Source: Phyllosticta citribraziliensis
Lineage: Eukaryota
Assembly: GCF_038025025.1 (NCBI RefSeq)
Contig: NW_027117342.1
Location: forward strand, 1,984,001 to 2,048,000
Direction: 5' to 3'
DNA length: 64,000 bases
How positions within the stretch are numbered: position 1 is the stretch's first letter; each line of letters begins with the position of its first letter. The notes below the pieces were generated by a model, which made no database searches, was not told where the DNA came from, and was given only the letters and a program-made list of their open reading frames with translations. The position numbers were made by a program, and so were the translations under genes. Positions 49,918 through 61,130 of this stretch are shown here, piece by piece.

Positions 49918-52284
49918 GCAACTACCAACAACGCCTTTTTCCTACTTGAGGCTCAAACAGTTTTTATATGCCGACTGTAGAAGGCGGACGGGCTTTTTCG
50001 CATATCGTAACGATACAGCAGCGCATATCAAGAATATTGGACAAGAATGGCAGGTCCGGGGAGGGGCTTTCGGCATGGGGATTGTCGGCAAGGACTAATG
50101 GATTGGGTTCGCGGCGTGGACGGTTTGGGTGATCCTCTTATGTCTGTCGTCACTGGCTGATCAATCAAAATCTGGTTGATCGGTCGGACAGGCTCTCTTC
50201 TTCTTTCTCTCCCCCACATCTACTTTCGGGCATTGCATTGCATTCTGGCTTATTGTTTGGCGGTGGTCAAGAGTTTCATCCGTCGGGCGTCGGTCGCGGT
50301 GGCGGCTTCCTTCTTTTCCTTTTCGTTCACCCCCCAACCGTCTCTCTCTTTCCTTTTTCGTCTGCATTTCTCTGCCTCCGGCTTTAATGTCTTTTCTTCT
50401 CCCTCATCGCTGCCCCTGTTTGGCGGGAGCCTCCGTCCGTCCGCGTGGCAACGCACAATGCGCCTCTGGAGAGCTGCTTTGCGTCGTCTTATTGGCGCTG
50501 CTCAGAGCAAACGGGCTCGAATTGGCGCAGCCACATGTCTCACACTCCCCCTCCTCCTTTTCGTTTGTCACAGCGGGTTGGAGCCTCCTTCTTCATCTGC
50601 GCTGCTTGCCCCGCATCGCGAGCAGACCAGCGCTGCTTTTTCTCGCACCGCTACTGGCGTCCCGCACGCTTCTCTTCCTCCTTTTGATCTTTTCTTCTTT
50701 GTCTTCTCTGGACGCCGCTGGACAGATTCCTGACCAACGGGCGGACGGACGGATGGTTGGGCTGGTTCAGCAAGACGGGGAATCAGACTGGATCGGATCG
50801 GATCGAATTTGGGAGGATGATACCATGTGGACCCATAGAGAACAACGTTTTTCCCTTCCTTTCTTCCCTCCTCCTCTTCGTCTCTTGCTGCTCTTTGTGG
50901 GTTTTCTTTGGGCTTGTCTGCTTGTCTGTCTACCCGTCTACCTGCCGATGCTCGGTGTTTGCCGGTGGCGACATGGCGTTCCACGCGGCTTGCGCCCGGC
51001 GAGGTCAAGCTCGGGTCTACAGTTGGGTGGTAGACCAGGCAGCCAGACTTTGCGTCGTCGTGGAATGGACGAGCAGCATGGAATGCACCGAGGGAAAAAA
51101 AAGCCCGGAATGAGCCAGCAGAGCAGCGAACGGCATGTGCCGCCGCGTCGTAAATGCCTAAAATGACACCACTACCACCGTCTTGTTTGTAGGTATCTGG
51201 GATTCAAAGGGCAACGAGCAACGAGCAACGAGCAACGAATGGGCTGTATACGCTGCGCGGCTACGTATGTATGTACCATCCGTCCATCCATTCAATGCCC
51301 TTGCGCTCTATACCCGTTCTCCTGTTCCCTCTTGCTGTCCTTGCGGCACGCACTCATGTCAAGCGGACTGGCCACTTTATCCACACATCCCTCCCTATAC
51401 GTCTTGCTCATAACGACGGACGGACGGATGGACGGGAAGGGCGGGCGGGGGCGGGCGGGAGCGGACGGACGTCCATGGCGGCGCCGTAGCGTCGCGTCGC
51501 GTAGCGCCCGTCCGTCTAGCGCCCGCTCCCCGTCCCGCTATGGACCGCGACGGACATGTTTGGTTAGGCGAGGCGAGGCGCGCGATGGAATTGGCGACGG
51601 TTCGGCCCGCTTGGTTGTTTGTCGCAGGTAGGCAGGTGGTAGGGAGGGAGGGAGGGCGGTTGGAGGGTGATGAGTTGTTCGTCGGGGATGCGGTCGTGGT
51701 AGTGGCCGCTCTGTGGAGGCCGTGTGGTGGTTCTGTGAGTACACGTAAGGGGTAAGCAGATTTGGCGGTACTGTAGGTACAGACTGACGGATCTGAGGGC
51801 GATGGGGAGGAAGAAGTATGCGAATGATGCCGGTGAGGCGACATCGGGACGGCTAGAGAGCTAGTGTTGTTCGTGGGCGATTGGGCCAGACGGGGTGGAC
51901 GAAACCCGAGTCCGTGAGGCTGGTACTCAGACTTTCCTTGGTGATGAGGGCGGCAGTAAGCGTTTCAGCTTCGTGTTTTTTACTCTTTTGCTCGGCGAGC
52001 ATTCGGTTCGTTGTTGAAGGTGTTTGGCAGCGCGCTTTTGGATTGAGGTTGCGAAGGATGGTCAAAAGTGGCGAGCGTGGGAGCGTTAAGACCTGTCTCT
52101 GTTAATGCATACAGATCGAGGGAAAGAGCGAGGCTCGAAGCGACACTGAGATTGGGTTCTGTGCAGTCATCACCCCAAACTTCCCTCCGGACCTTTGCTC
52201 TGCCACCAGGTCCCTTACAACAACTCTCCAGCAGTGTCCCACCCGACAGCCTCACCATCACACTGCGCACTGCTTGCCATCGCC

Positions 52285-53408
52285 ATGCCTTCTTCACCAG
52301 GCATGCCGAAGAATACCGGGTCTGAGTAAGAATCCCGCACTCTACAGCAGCGTGAACTGGCACGAGAATGCTAACATGGGTTAGCGGGAAATCGGCCCCT
52401 GCCAGCACTTTGCGCAAGCGCACCCGCGGTGAAATTGACTCGGATACGGAAGATGACGATGCAGAACATTATGGAATCCCCAGAGAAACGCCTATTCAAG
52501 GCACGCCTACTAATCATGAAGTCTTTCTTGCTGGTCCATCAGGTCAACTGGACAATTTGACTCGCCCTGTTGAAAAATTTGAAATCGTTCGGGCCAATGA
52601 CTACACGGGTACGAGCAGCTAGAAGGGTCCATATTGCCCTGCTGACAATTGAATCTCTACAGGAGATATACCCCAGAGACTGGGCCTTCTCTGCGCGCTT
52701 GTCTATTTTCGCCGCCACGACGTCTTGCGGGAGGACATACGGGAGCTCTTACGCAAAGCCCCGGGTCGTTCTTTTAGGGCCGTCTGGATTGAGGCATCAT
52801 TCGTAAGGGATGTTGAGATATTGCAGGCCAAAACTCTCACCTACATCCGCGACCTGGTCAAAAGCATTTACAAGTCAAACTTGGCGAAGAAAAGCAGCCT
52901 GGACATTACAAGGCTCCCCGTTGCCGACAGGAAAGCCCGCATCTGGGTTCCACTTTGGCGTAGACGTGGTCTCGAGCTCCTCAGGGGAATGTACCGTGAA
53001 TTTATCTGGGTCATTGACTTTGACGTCATCATGAGGCCGCCGACCAATCTCCCCAAAGGCTTGAGTGAGGAACTTCAGCAATGGCGCACGTACCTCATGT
53101 TGTGCTTCTGTCTGGCGGCGGAGGCATCTTGCAAGCTCGAGCTCCTTCCTGAGGTCAGGCCAAGAGCAATCATTCGAGCACCAGGAGGCGAGAGTGTGTC
53201 CAAACATTGGAGGCGCCTCCCCCACGAGAATTACATCCACGTTCCAGATCGGCTGATCTGCCCGTCTTTGAACGCATGTCCTTCTCTACATTTTGCTGGA
53301 AGCACCACGATATCGGCTGCCCTTCTGGCCATTCCTTTCTCGATACAACCGACATGGTTGGCTGAGTCGGCAGCAGCTGCGCCTTTCCCTCTTCAAGCCT
53401 CCCGCTAG
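52285..53408 (+). CDS. Orphan hypothetical protein; introns ~52326-52384 and 52609-52662
   Basis: GTAAGA..GCTAAC..TAG and GTACGA..GCTGAC..CAG introns join MPSSPGMPKNTGSD-GKSAPASTLRKRTRGEIDSD...DYTG-DIPQRLGLLCALVYFRRHDVLREDIRELL... in frame. Confidence 0.55.
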
Positions 53409-54632
53409 TGGTGACAGAGGCTGCAAGACGACCCAACAAATACTTGGCACACGACTGTTTCTCTCCCCCAGGCTGCTACCATTCATGGCCGAGCTATTTG
53501 GCATGGGAACGGCTCAGGTGAAAACAGTTTGACAAAATGGCTCTAGAGATTGCCCGAAGAATTCAACAACAGAACGACCACACCTTGACCGACTTTACTG
53601 GCAGCACGGCCCTTACGATCGTCAGTTCCTTACGGCGATGCATACACGAACGTCAAGATAGCTGCAGCAGAAATCTCTCTTTTAGATACCCTCTTTGTCT
53701 CCTTCATTCAAGATTCGTCCAGCCTGAACTAAAACCCAATTACTGAAAACATTTGTGCCCCACGACAATCGCATAGTCAGTCAAAGGGTAATCAGCTTGA
53801 GCTCGTGAGTTTTACGAACGTACTAATATTGCAGCAACGCGAACGTCACGAAGTGGCCGACTAGTTACGGGAACTGAAGCATCGTGACATTCCTTGAGCA
53901 AGGGGCTTGGCCGGAGGTCCATCCGACAGGATGCCATTCCAACGTGGATACGTCGAGTGACGCACAAGACACAACGGGCGAGTCGAGATGTCGCCGCACC
54001 ACCACGGTCTGTGCACATCGCCCTGGGGTGCAGCCATGCTGTGCCGACCGACCAGCGAACCTGCCACTTTGAACTCAAGTGGCCGGCGAGTCCTACATGG
54101 TGTGAGCTCGGCAGTCAGATCGTCAAAGTGCTAAATCTATCAACTCAAAATATCACTGACTACATTCGGCGGCCCAGGAGGAGAGTTTGGCTGATGCAGG
54201 ACGCAGTGGCCGACAGAAGAAAAGTACTAGAGCCAACACACTTCGTTGGGGGCCAGCCAATGCAGAGCCCCCTGACTCGTACGAGCAATAGTGATGAGAG
54301 TTGAGTCTGCTAATGCTTTCCTCTATCGTATGCCTATTGCGCAGCGCATCGTCTCCGTCGCGGTGTGCTTTGCATGTAACAGTCCAATGACAGATGCGCC
54401 GCCGAGCGAGATTCACCGATTTCCGCACTGGATAGGATGTACTGAGCCAGATGCGCCGATTCATTGACTGTCACACATGGCTGGACGACGCAGTCGACGC
54501 TTTCAACGCGGCATACGGCATGAATCAAGACGAGTATCGAAAAGGCAAGGCAGCACTCAGTCGCGACAGCCGCAGCCTGCCCTTTATAAGCTTACGCAAC
54601 CATTACCGCACATACAACGGACCCACATAAAC

Positions 54633-54714
54633 GTGTTGGTGGTGTAGTGGTAACGCATGTCGTGGCAACAGTCGCATCCACGGCAAGTCCCAGGTTCAAT
54701 TCCTGGCCAACATA
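54633..54714 (+). tRNA. tRNA-like gene with atypical anticodon arm (nominal anticodon GCA, G at position 33, putative 11-nt intron 54669-54679); possibly a pseudo-tRNA
   Basis: Acceptor GTGTTGG/CCAACAT, D arm GTGT-AGTGGTA-ACGC, anticodon stem TGTCG/CGGCA, 4-nt variable loop, T arm CCAGG-TTCAATT-CCTGG; intact A and B boxes; T runs at 54723-54734. Confidence 0.7.
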
Positions 54715-54899
54715 AGGATCCCTTTTGTCTTTTTGCCTGTCGCTTCCCTCTAAGTCCCTGCTTTTGCTTGAGTGGTAGCGAGGTAAGTTGATCCGTGGGA
54801 CGAGAGGGAGGCGGCGTGAGGGCTGTGCGTGCGTGCGGGGTCGGTGCGTGATGATTGATGCCAACCCGAGCCATGCACTGGGTAAGAAATATCAGTCAG

Positions 54900-55310
54900 T
54901 TGAGCAAACTGAGTGCGATTAGACATTCAACTGAGCAAGAGAAAATGAGCGCCGAGCAAGTGACAACATTCAGCTGAGCACCTAAGAAAATGCTCGCCGA
55001 GCAAGTAATGACTTCGGACTGATCAAGACAAAATGTTTGCCGAGCAAGTGACGAAGATTGCAAAGTTCACCCAGCAAGAATTCTCCAATTGCAAGATATG
55101 CTTGTCGAGTGAGAGACAACTTTTACTTAGGAAGGTACTATGTGCATGTAGAGGGAGACATTGCTTTTAAAGACAATGTGTACCGAGGAAGCGGCGGAAT
55201 TCAGCTGAGTTGGAGACAATGTTCGTCGAGCTATGGAGAAAATTCGCTGAGCAGTAGACAGAAGATGATGCTGCCGAGTAAAGAGACCATGTTCGCCGAG
55301 TCAGAGTTCC
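54900..55310. repeat. Degenerate tandem repeat (~43-45 bp unit built from ~21-bp subunits with a GCCGAGCA/CTGAGCA core)
   Basis: Three clear copies at ~54923-55053, each ending AAAATG...GCCGAGCAAGT; more diverged copies at ~55195-55310. Confidence 0.65.
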
Positions 55311-56094
55311 GAAAGTATGGGACAGCGTTTCACTAACAAATGATATCCAGCCAAGTACGATTATGAGCGACACCGCACAAGCAGCTAGTTCTTCTGGCAT
55401 GACGACGGTCTGCCAGCATGAGAATTTTTTTCTAGGTCAATTGGATTTGTCTGAGCAGCTATCTGGGAAAAGAAGAAGAGTAGGAAATGAAACCGGGCAA
55501 ATGCATGAATATCCATCGGAGTACTTTTGTTGGGACCAGAAAGTTCCACATCATCTAGGATGTGTGAAGGCTCTCTGTCGAGTTGAAGTTGTGTGAATGC
55601 AAGAGCAAATGATCAGATTTACTTTTGTTGAAGTCAGAAGAAATCATGTCGATCGAAATGTTTGCTGAGATGGGCTCCCAGTGCTTGTCGCTTTGGACTC
55701 GGCGCATTGAAAGTCTTTTCCGTGCCGCGAGGGCTGTCTGAAAAAGTCGTGGTGGGCAGAAATGAGTAGTGAGGGAGAACTTTTGCTGAATCCGGAAGAA
55801 GCACTGCCGGGATGAAGTAGCAAGCTAATTCAGGGCAAACTCAGAGGGGAAGACTCGCATGGAGCAGCCACTCAAAAGCACTCGGCAGAGCATTGATCAG
55901 GAGGTAAATATGCCATCGACGTCCGAAATCATGGAAGTCTCGAAGATCAAACTTCTGGTGAAGGAAAAGCCAGTCGGTGTGAAAGATTTGGCATTCTCGG
56001 CAGAAGGTGAAAATGGTCGAAAGGAAACCGGGTGATGCAGAAAAACCAGTCGATATCCCAGTCGTCTGTGGAGGGCTCCGGTAAACATGGAATC

Positions 56095-57085
56095 CTAGCC
56101 GGCCATCAGTGGGTGTTCTATTTTACTGCATGGTTGTCGTGTTGTCGGAATGCAAAAGGCGCATTTGGCCGAGATTTTTGGGTTCATTCGGGCAAACATC
56201 TTGCTAAAAGCCAAGCGAAAACTGATTTGACGGCGAGCAATGAGCCCAGTAAGCAGTAAATTCAGATCGAAATCAGCAATGTTGTGTCGTCGAACTGTGA
56301 CAGTCGACCAATGGGCTGTGATGGTTTGCCGACTTTGTAGTCTGGTTGGAGATGTTGCCCTGCCAGCAGCACCGCCTCGCAGATGGCTTACTGCGTGCAT
56401 CAAATGCTTTTGGCTTGATTCATTCGTCGTCCAATTCTTCTTTCTTGATGGACTTGGGCAGTGTCGAATCGTCCTTCTGGAGCCAGCCACGCATATTGGC
56501 GGGAGGAAGTGGTTGACGGAAGTATGAAGCCATGTACGTGAAGAGCTTGACCGCCTGATCGATCGGCCAGTGCAGAGCGTTTCTGATTACCCCATCAAAC
56601 GCAACTCTGGAGACGTCATTTTCGTTTGCTGTGGATGCATTTGGCACTGAGTGAGCCGCAGAGTCCTTGCGCTGGCGCTTGCGTGGCTTCTGCTCGTTTC
56701 CAGCTGCAGCATACGGCGACGCAGCCCTCTTTCCTCGGTTGCCAACTTTGGCCCTGGTCGCTGCGTCGATGGTTGCAGACTGGCACTTGTCAGACTGCTT
56801 GGTAGCAATGACGAGAGGTATCAGTTTCACTTCGTCCTCGGAAACATCGGGCGCTTGCGAGACTGCTTGGCCGCTGCGAGGAGTGACAGCCGGTCCATTG
56901 TTTGGCTCGTTGGTCATGAAGTTGCTTTGACCTCGGTTGACGCCGACTTGGCTGTTGGGCATGATCGATGCTGTGTCGACCAGAGTATCAATTGAGAAAT
57001 TGAGTGAAGCTGGGTCTATTGGCGGAGATTCTCTGGCTGGTGTGAAACTTTTGGTCGGCGCACGGCAGACACTTGCGTCAAGCAC
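56095..57085 (-). pseudogene. Possible disrupted or unresolved orphan gene
   Basis: 221-aa ORF with NLS-like KPRKRQRK and a helical segment (NALHWPIDQAVKLFTYMASYF); an overlapping ORF in another frame continues to 56095. I could not build a clean splice model. Confidence 0.3.
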
Positions 57086-58312
57086 TGATCAAGCGTGGAA
57101 AAGTGAGGTTCTGGCTGGGTGACGGTAAATATTTTCGAGTAAGAGTGAGTGATATGTCAGCCAATGGGAGGTGGAAGTGTCGCCGGGCGCTGATCAAGAA
57201 ACGTGGTAGATGTGTTGTTGCCGGGAGCCAATCAACCGTGCTGAGGTGAAGCGCTACTGTCGTCCGAAAGCACTATCTACCGGAGCCAAGTTTGAGTGGA
57301 CGCAGCAAAACTGTGGTTCATGCGCTGATTAGAAGAAAGAAAATGAAGTTCTGGCTGAGCGTGGCAAAACTTTGAATCGAGCACTGACTCGAGACGGAAA
57401 GGTGAGGTTCTGGTTGGATGCCGTCAAGTTTTCAAGCAGATGCCAACAAGGTGTCGGACAGAGTGAAGCGGATGTCTCGTCGACAGTCGATTCAGATGCG
57501 AAAGCGACGTATATGCCGTCCAGTGGTGCTTTCGCCACGTCCAAGAGGGGTGTCGGCGACGAGCAGTTGACCAAATTGTAGGCTTTGGAGAAGTTCAAGG
57601 TACAAGTAGCAAAGTCAGATGAAGTGAAGAATGGGATTGGAGATGGAGGAAGGTTGGTGTTGAGGAGCGGAGGAAATGGGAAGAGTGGGGCGTTTATAAA
57701 GGCCACTGCAAGACCTCGCCAGCTGGAGGAAAGAGCACCCAGATTACCCAATTGGGACGACACGCGAATGACTTTCTTTCGTGGATTGAGACTCGATTCG
57801 CGGGCATGTCGGTCATCTCGAAGCTACTCGGCATTGCACTTGCCAATCTATGTTGACGACGCGAAATCGACTGGGAATAGGAGGCAATGCATTGTATGTG
57901 GTGGCATGAAAGCAAGCCGAACAAGGCGATTGCGCAAAAGAAAGACGAAGAAAGATCTTGACGCATGTCGACTTTGTCTGCTTCATGAGTACCGAGTTTG
58001 TACTCTGAATGCACGCCGAGTCTGCCTTCTTGATGCATGCCGAGTCCATTATTTTGAGCCGTCTCCTATCACAGTGGTTATACGTTGGTTTCATAAACGA
58101 GTGAATCCATACCATTCATTATGCCGGTCATACAAGTCCTAGCCGAGTCCGTCGCTAACCATACATGTGCCTTGGCTTTTCCGATGCTGAAATAAAGTAA
58201 AAAACGGATTGATGCAAGATGAAAAAGAAAGAAAAGATCATTACGGGAACTCCATCATCCCTCTCCCAACCGCCCATTGTCTACATGTCCCTCCCCTACA
58301 CGAATCCCTCAA

Positions 58313-60754
58313 TTAAACTGCGATCGCGCGGAACATCCGTGGCACAGCCGTCCGGCTTGGTGTCACCCACACTGTCTCCACTGAAGTGATGGCGTCTGTG
58401 GGGCAGACTGATGCCGTCGTGCTAGAAAGTGGCAATGCAGTGAAAGAACCGCCTCCTGCGCTGCTCGAAACCGAGTTGGACACTGCTGCGGACCCGTTGG
58501 ACAGCGTTGCCGACGCCGTCGCCGTCGCCGAAATTGATGCCGGCGTGCTGGAGGTCCATGATGTAGTTCCAGACAAGACGGTGCCGGTCGAACAGACCGT
58601 CGTGATGATGGTCGTGATTATCGTCGTGCCGCCGGTCGTCAGTGTCGACGTGATGGTGATGGTCTGAGTCGTCGTCACCGTCACCAAATCCGTGATTCGG
58701 CTGGTGATGATGGACGGCGGAGCAGTGGTTGCCGGCGCCGTCACGGTGCTGTCTCCCGATGGAATGATTCTCAACGCATATTCGGCAGAGTCTGGCACAC
58801 GCACACAGGCGTTGGGGCTGTCGTAGTCGATTTCGGGGTTCTGCCTCTTCTCCAGGCCAGGAGCCTTGATGCCCATCTTTTGCAAAATGCGGTCGGCGTT
58901 GAAGGCTCGTCCAGAATCAGGAGCCCCAACGACGTGCCGACCCCTGATGCTGCTGCCTCCCCGAATTTGTCGGCGCACGCGCATGGGTATCGTGCAGTTG
59001 CCACACTCGACGTCCTCTGGGTTGGTGCCGCCGTAGTAGCAATCGTAGTAGCCCTGCGGATTGGTGGCATCTCCCGTGTAGTGGATGTAGTAGACGTCAA
59101 AGCAGTTGCCCAGTTCCGTACAAGCACCCTCGCAGGCCGCCCGACCACTCACCGTGTCATTGACACCAGTAAAGCGGCCAAAGCTGGCGCCAGTGTAGTT
59201 GGTTGGAGGGAAGCATGGCTGAGTAGCCGCCGGAGCGTACAACCGACGAGCATTGACCAAAGCAGGCAGCGGAGTAGTGTAGGTCGGTCCAGTGGCCGTG
59301 CTCATGACTGGTCGGCCTTGAGACGTGGCCGTAATCGACCCTGTCGTAATTGATACACTGCTGTTTCCACCTAAGCCAGTCGAGAGCGACGATGACCCTG
59401 TCGGAACCAGCCCACTGCCACTGGCCGTAAGCGATGCAGCTGTCGTAGCGCTGAGACTTCCGCTTATCGAACCAGAAGCGGACAAAGGGCTCGATACACC
59501 ACTGTCAGAAGCTGATTGAGAGGGAACGCCCGTGAAGGACACCGATCCAACGCTGCTGAGGCCAGTGATACCGCTTGCAGTCTGAGAAGTAGACAATGAG
59601 TTCGATGCACCACTGATGGACGTCGATTGCGAGGGAAGACCGGTGAAAGATGCTGTGCCATTGCCGCCGAGGCCAGTCGATGCCGTCTGAGAGACGGACA
59701 ATGAGTTCGATGCGCCACTGACGGACGCCGATTGTGAGGGAAGACCAGTGAAAGATGCCGTGCCATTGCCGCCGAGACCAGTGGATGCTGTCTGGGAGAC
59801 GGACAAGGAGTTTGATATGCCGCTGACAGACGCCGATTGCGAGGGAAGACCGGTGAAAGATGCCGTGCCGTTGCCGCCGAGCCCAGTAGAAACAGAGTTG
59901 CCACCGGTCGTCGATTGCGAGCCAGACAAAGAGTTGGAGATACCACTCGCAGTTTCAGAGCCCGACAGAGAGCTGGAGATGGCGCTGCTGGAAAATGATT
60001 GCGTGGAAACTCCTGTAGGGGATCCCGTGAAGCTGAAGTTTCCACTGACAAAACTGCTGATGCCAGTAGACGCCGACAGATCACTGCTTGTCGATAGGGA
60101 GAAAGGCAAAGAGTTGGATGTTGCGACGGAAGCCAACCCTGAAGAAATTTCACTTGAGGAGAATGGCAAAGAAGACGTGCTTCCTGAAATCGTCGTTCCG
60201 CCGAGCCCGCTCGTGATAGAGCCTGATGGGAGAGACGCGGAACCGGTTTCCAGGGAGGAGATGGACGAAGTGGGAATGGAGGATGTGAAAGGTGCACCGG
60301 TAGAGTTCGTTCCGTTGACACCAGGTCCGGAAGTGACAGAGAAGGTTGGGAAACCACTGCCAGAAACCGACGAGGCGCTGCCAGGAGAAGTCGTGATGCT
60401 GAGTCCACTCGAGGTCAAGCTTGCATCGCTCTGGAGAGACGAAGCAGACGAAATCTCCGAGATAGATTCCGTCTGGGAGGCCGTGCTCGAGAAGAACCCA
60501 GTAAGCCCAGATGACGTAGAGCTTCCTGAGATCGATGTGATACTGCCTGTAAGAGATTGGGAAGTAGAGAAACTGTTCGAAGGCAGGCTGGAGATCTCAG
60601 TCGTCGAGGCCCCAATGCCTGTTACAAAGGAACTCAGGGAGTTGCTGATTCCGGTAGCTGTGGAGTTCGACGATAATACAGGAGTTGTGAGCGCGTGGTT
60701 GTGCCGACTCCCAAGTCGATGCCTGAACCGATGTTGCCGTCGCCATTGCTGCAC
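58313..60754 (-). CDS. Ser/Thr/Gly-rich mucin-like, probably cell-surface protein with internal 35-aa repeats and a Cys-rich domain; 5' end unresolved
   Basis: ORF of about 800 codons, strongly S/T-biased, many NxS/T sequons; Cys cluster ACEGACTELGNCFDVYY...CYYG...CGNC; dibasic LEKR site; VETVWVT motif near the end. Confidence 0.75.
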   Translation of the reverse strand: MQQWRRQHRFRHRLGSRHNHALTTPVLSSNSTATGISNSLSSFVTGIGASTTEISSLPSNSFSTSQSLTGSITSISGSSTSSGLTGFFSSTASQTESISEISSASSLQSDASLTSSGLSITTSPGSASSVSGSGFPTFSVTSGPGVNGTNSTGAPFTSSIPTSSISSLETGSASLPSGSITSGLGGTTISGSTSSLPFSSSEISSGLASVATSNSLPFSLSTSSDLSASTGISSFVSGNFSFTGSPTGVSTQSFSSSAISSSLSGSETASGISNSLSGSQSTTGGNSVSTGLGGNGTASFTGLPSQSASVSGISNSLSVSQTASTGLGGNGTASFTGLPSQSASVSGASNSLSVSQTASTGLGGNGTASFTGLPSQSTSISGASNSLSTSQTASGITGLSSVGSVSFTGVPSQSASDSGVSSPLSASGSISGSLSATTAASLTASGSGLVPTGSSSLSTGLGGNSSVSITTGSITATSQGRPVMSTATGPTYTTPLPALVNARRLYAPAATQPCFPPTNYTGASFGRFTGVNDTVSGRAACEGACTELGNCFDVYYIHYTGDATNPQGYYDCYYGGTNPEDVECGNCTIPMRVRRQIRGGSSIRGRHVVGAPDSGRAFNADRILQKMGIKAPGLEKRQNPEIDYDSPNACVRVPDSAEYALRIIPSGDSTVTAPATTAPPSIITSRITDLVTVTTTQTITITSTLTTGGTTIITTIITTVCSTGTVLSGTTSWTSSTPASISATATASATLSNGSAAVSNSVSSSAGGGSFTALPLSSTTASVCPTDAITSVETVWVTPSRTAVPRMFRAIAV
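59580..59890. repeat. 105-bp coding tandem repeat x3 (STGLGGNGTASFTGLPSQSASVSGISNSLSVSQTA)
   Basis: GTGCC(A/G)TTGCCGCCGAG recurs at 105-bp spacing. Confidence 0.9.
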
Positions 60755-61130
60755 CTAATTTCGGGCTCAGCCTCGCCGGTAGCGAAGGTCGTCAGAATGG
60801 ATGGATGAGTGGACAGTCCTGAGCGCTGTCATGAGTGTCGATCCGAGGACGCTCTTCACGAACTTGCTTGCCCATTGCTATGACGCCGACGGCCATTTCG
60901 CGAATGACTACTTCGGGGGTGATAAATCCAATGCGAGCCATGGCGGCATAGCTCGAAGCAAACACGCAAAATTGAAAACTTTTGGATACCCACATCAATC
61001 AGATGAGTGTAGGTGGGCGGGGGGTAGGTGCAGACGAGGTAGATGGACTTTTCACTCGTAGAAGCACAATGCCTTGTCGAGCAACTGACTCGATATTCAA
61101 TCCCGAGTGGGCTTGTCATGCTCCTGCGTA

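Noticed and set aside
50000..52000. 185- and 259-aa ORFs
   Set aside because: Arise from CT-rich and GGAC/GGCG simple sequence; not protein-like
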